DNA from: a plasmid
DNA: 64,000 nucleotides
Strand: one strand, 5' to 3'
Sequence record: NZ_CP145666.1
Shown: in pieces, positions 62,690-64,000 of the stretch
Position numbering within the stretch: position 1 is the first letter of the stretch
Layout: the number at the start of each line of letters is the position of its first letter
Program-made: the position numbers and the translations under genes
The notes under the pieces: model-generated
The model's database searches: none
What the model was told of the DNA's origin: nothing
The model's input: only the letters and a program-made list of their open reading frames with translations

Positions 62690-63445
62690 ATGTCAGCATT
62701 TCTCATCAATAAATTATCTTTCGAAGATACCAAACAAATAATGTTGTCCTCCATGAAAACAATGGCATCTCTTCATGGTATTTTGGCAATATTCTTGCCG
62801 ATAATTGCTGGTGGTGGACTCCTGACACTCATCATGAAAAATGTGACAATGGAGGGGCTTGCATTTTTTATCTTACAGCCAGTTGTACTCACCCTCTACC
62901 TTACGGCTATCTTATGCCGATATCAAAGCTCAGAGCTAAGATTGAATATCTGGGAAGAACTACGCAACTTTATCGTTGTGTTAGTTTATGCATTATTCCT
63001 GACCGTACTAATGATCGTAATATTGTGGTTAGTCAAATTTATGATTGCTTCAGCGGTTGCGGGTGAAACCAACCATGTTGAATATAAACAACCAACATTA
63101 ACAAGCATTAGTCTGGCTTACTCCAACCTAATAGTGTATTTCAATATGTACGCCCTTGCCACTTTGAGCGTATTTATCGCTACGCCAATGCTCGTTTTAT
63201 TCATACCAACAGTTACGCGGTGTAAAGGTTCTCTGCTGAAAAGTATACCAGTCATTTGTAAAAGTACTTTTATGAATATTGGGCCGTTGTTCGCATTTTC
63301 AGCTATCTCTGGTGTTGTTTTACTTTCGTGGTCATACTTTTCGCTCAGGTATGAATGGTTAATCCCGGCAGCAACTATACCTCTGGCCTACTTATCAATA
63401 TTGAATTACCAGCTGTCTGAAGCAGCATTGCCTCGTAACCAATAA
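62690..63445 (+). CDS. Hypothetical polytopic membrane protein
   Basis: A 251-aa ORF with about 6 TM helices. Confidence 0.45.
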   Translation: MSAFLINKLSFEDTKQIMLSSMKTMASLHGILAIFLPIIAGGGLLTLIMKNVTMEGLAFFILQPVVLTLYLTAILCRYQSSELRLNIWEELRNFIVVLVYALFLTVLMIVILWLVKFMIASAVAGETNHVEYKQPTLTSISLAYSNLIVYFNMYALATLSVFIATPMLVLFIPTVTRCKGSLLKSIPVICKSTFMNIGPLFAFSAISGVVLLSWSYFSLRYEWLIPAATIPLAYLSILNYQLSEAALPRNQ

Positions 63446-63456
63446 AAAGGAAACCT

Positions 63457-63828
63457 GTGATGAGAAAAATAATATTAAATGCGGTTGTTTGTTTATTTGC
63501 AATTAATGCATCAAGTTTCGCAATATCAGCGGAAAGCTCTCCATCTCGTGACGAACTGAATGACGTGATGAAAGTTCATGCTTCCGAGATTGCTGCTGTT
63601 ATCGCATGTAAAGACTACCTCGAAAATGGCGAGGAACGTTTGACTGAAGCGAAATCAAAAGCTGGCCGTGTACTGGGTAAGATGGTAGGCAATCAAGCCA
63701 AGGGTAGCGAGTATGCTAGTCGGATTCTGGTAACTGTTAACGAAGCTAAGCCAGATGAGCAACTGAAGGCTGAATTCGACAAGGTCAACCTTGACCACTC
63801 AGTCCGCGTTGCAAAATGCGCTCAGCTA

Positions 63829-63852
<24 letters not shown>
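63457..63852 (+). CDS. Secreted hypothetical protein whose 3' end is fused to or interrupted by IS5
   Basis: The signal peptide is MMRKIILNAVVCLFAINASSFAISA. The last 7 codons and the stop are encoded by the IS5 terminal IR. Confidence 0.4.

Positions 63853-64000
<148 letters not shown>

Overview
The window is an Enterobacteriaceae multidrug-resistance plasmid segment in two parts. Positions 1-29.4 kb are an IS-rich, GC-rich resistance island. It contains a MATE efflux gene cut by IS26 and a 17-kb complex class 1 integron: IRi, intI1, aac(6')-Ib-cr, blaOXA-1, catB3, arr-3, qacEdelta1/sul1, ISCR1, a ligA fragment, dfrA19, then a second partial 5'-CS with aadA2, cmlA1 (with its attenuator leader) and ereA2, a second qacEdelta1/sul1, orf5 and IS6100. 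Beyond it lie three non-identical IS26 copies flanking a truncated Tn3 (blaTEM-1, tnpR, tnpA) and tet(D)/tetR(D), an ftnB-like ferritin gene, and IS5. Positions 29.4-64 kb are AT-rich backbone resembling an IncHI-type plasmid, closed at the window end by a second, inverted IS5. This backbone carries a HigBA-like toxin-antitoxin pair next to a Tn3-type IR remnant, an IS110-family element with 32-bp IRs, an SOS-box-controlled umuDC-like operon, a Tus-like gene, an orphan Cas6e-like RAMP gene with no CRISPR array in the window, a PP-loop PAPS-reductase-like gene, SSB, a beta-clamp (DnaN) homologue, Dam, RdgC, an HNH endonuclease, a large N6-adenine methyltransferase, and many hypothetical genes. 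The most unusual items are the solitary Cas6e homologue and the plasmid-borne replisome and DNA-damage-tolerance gene set.
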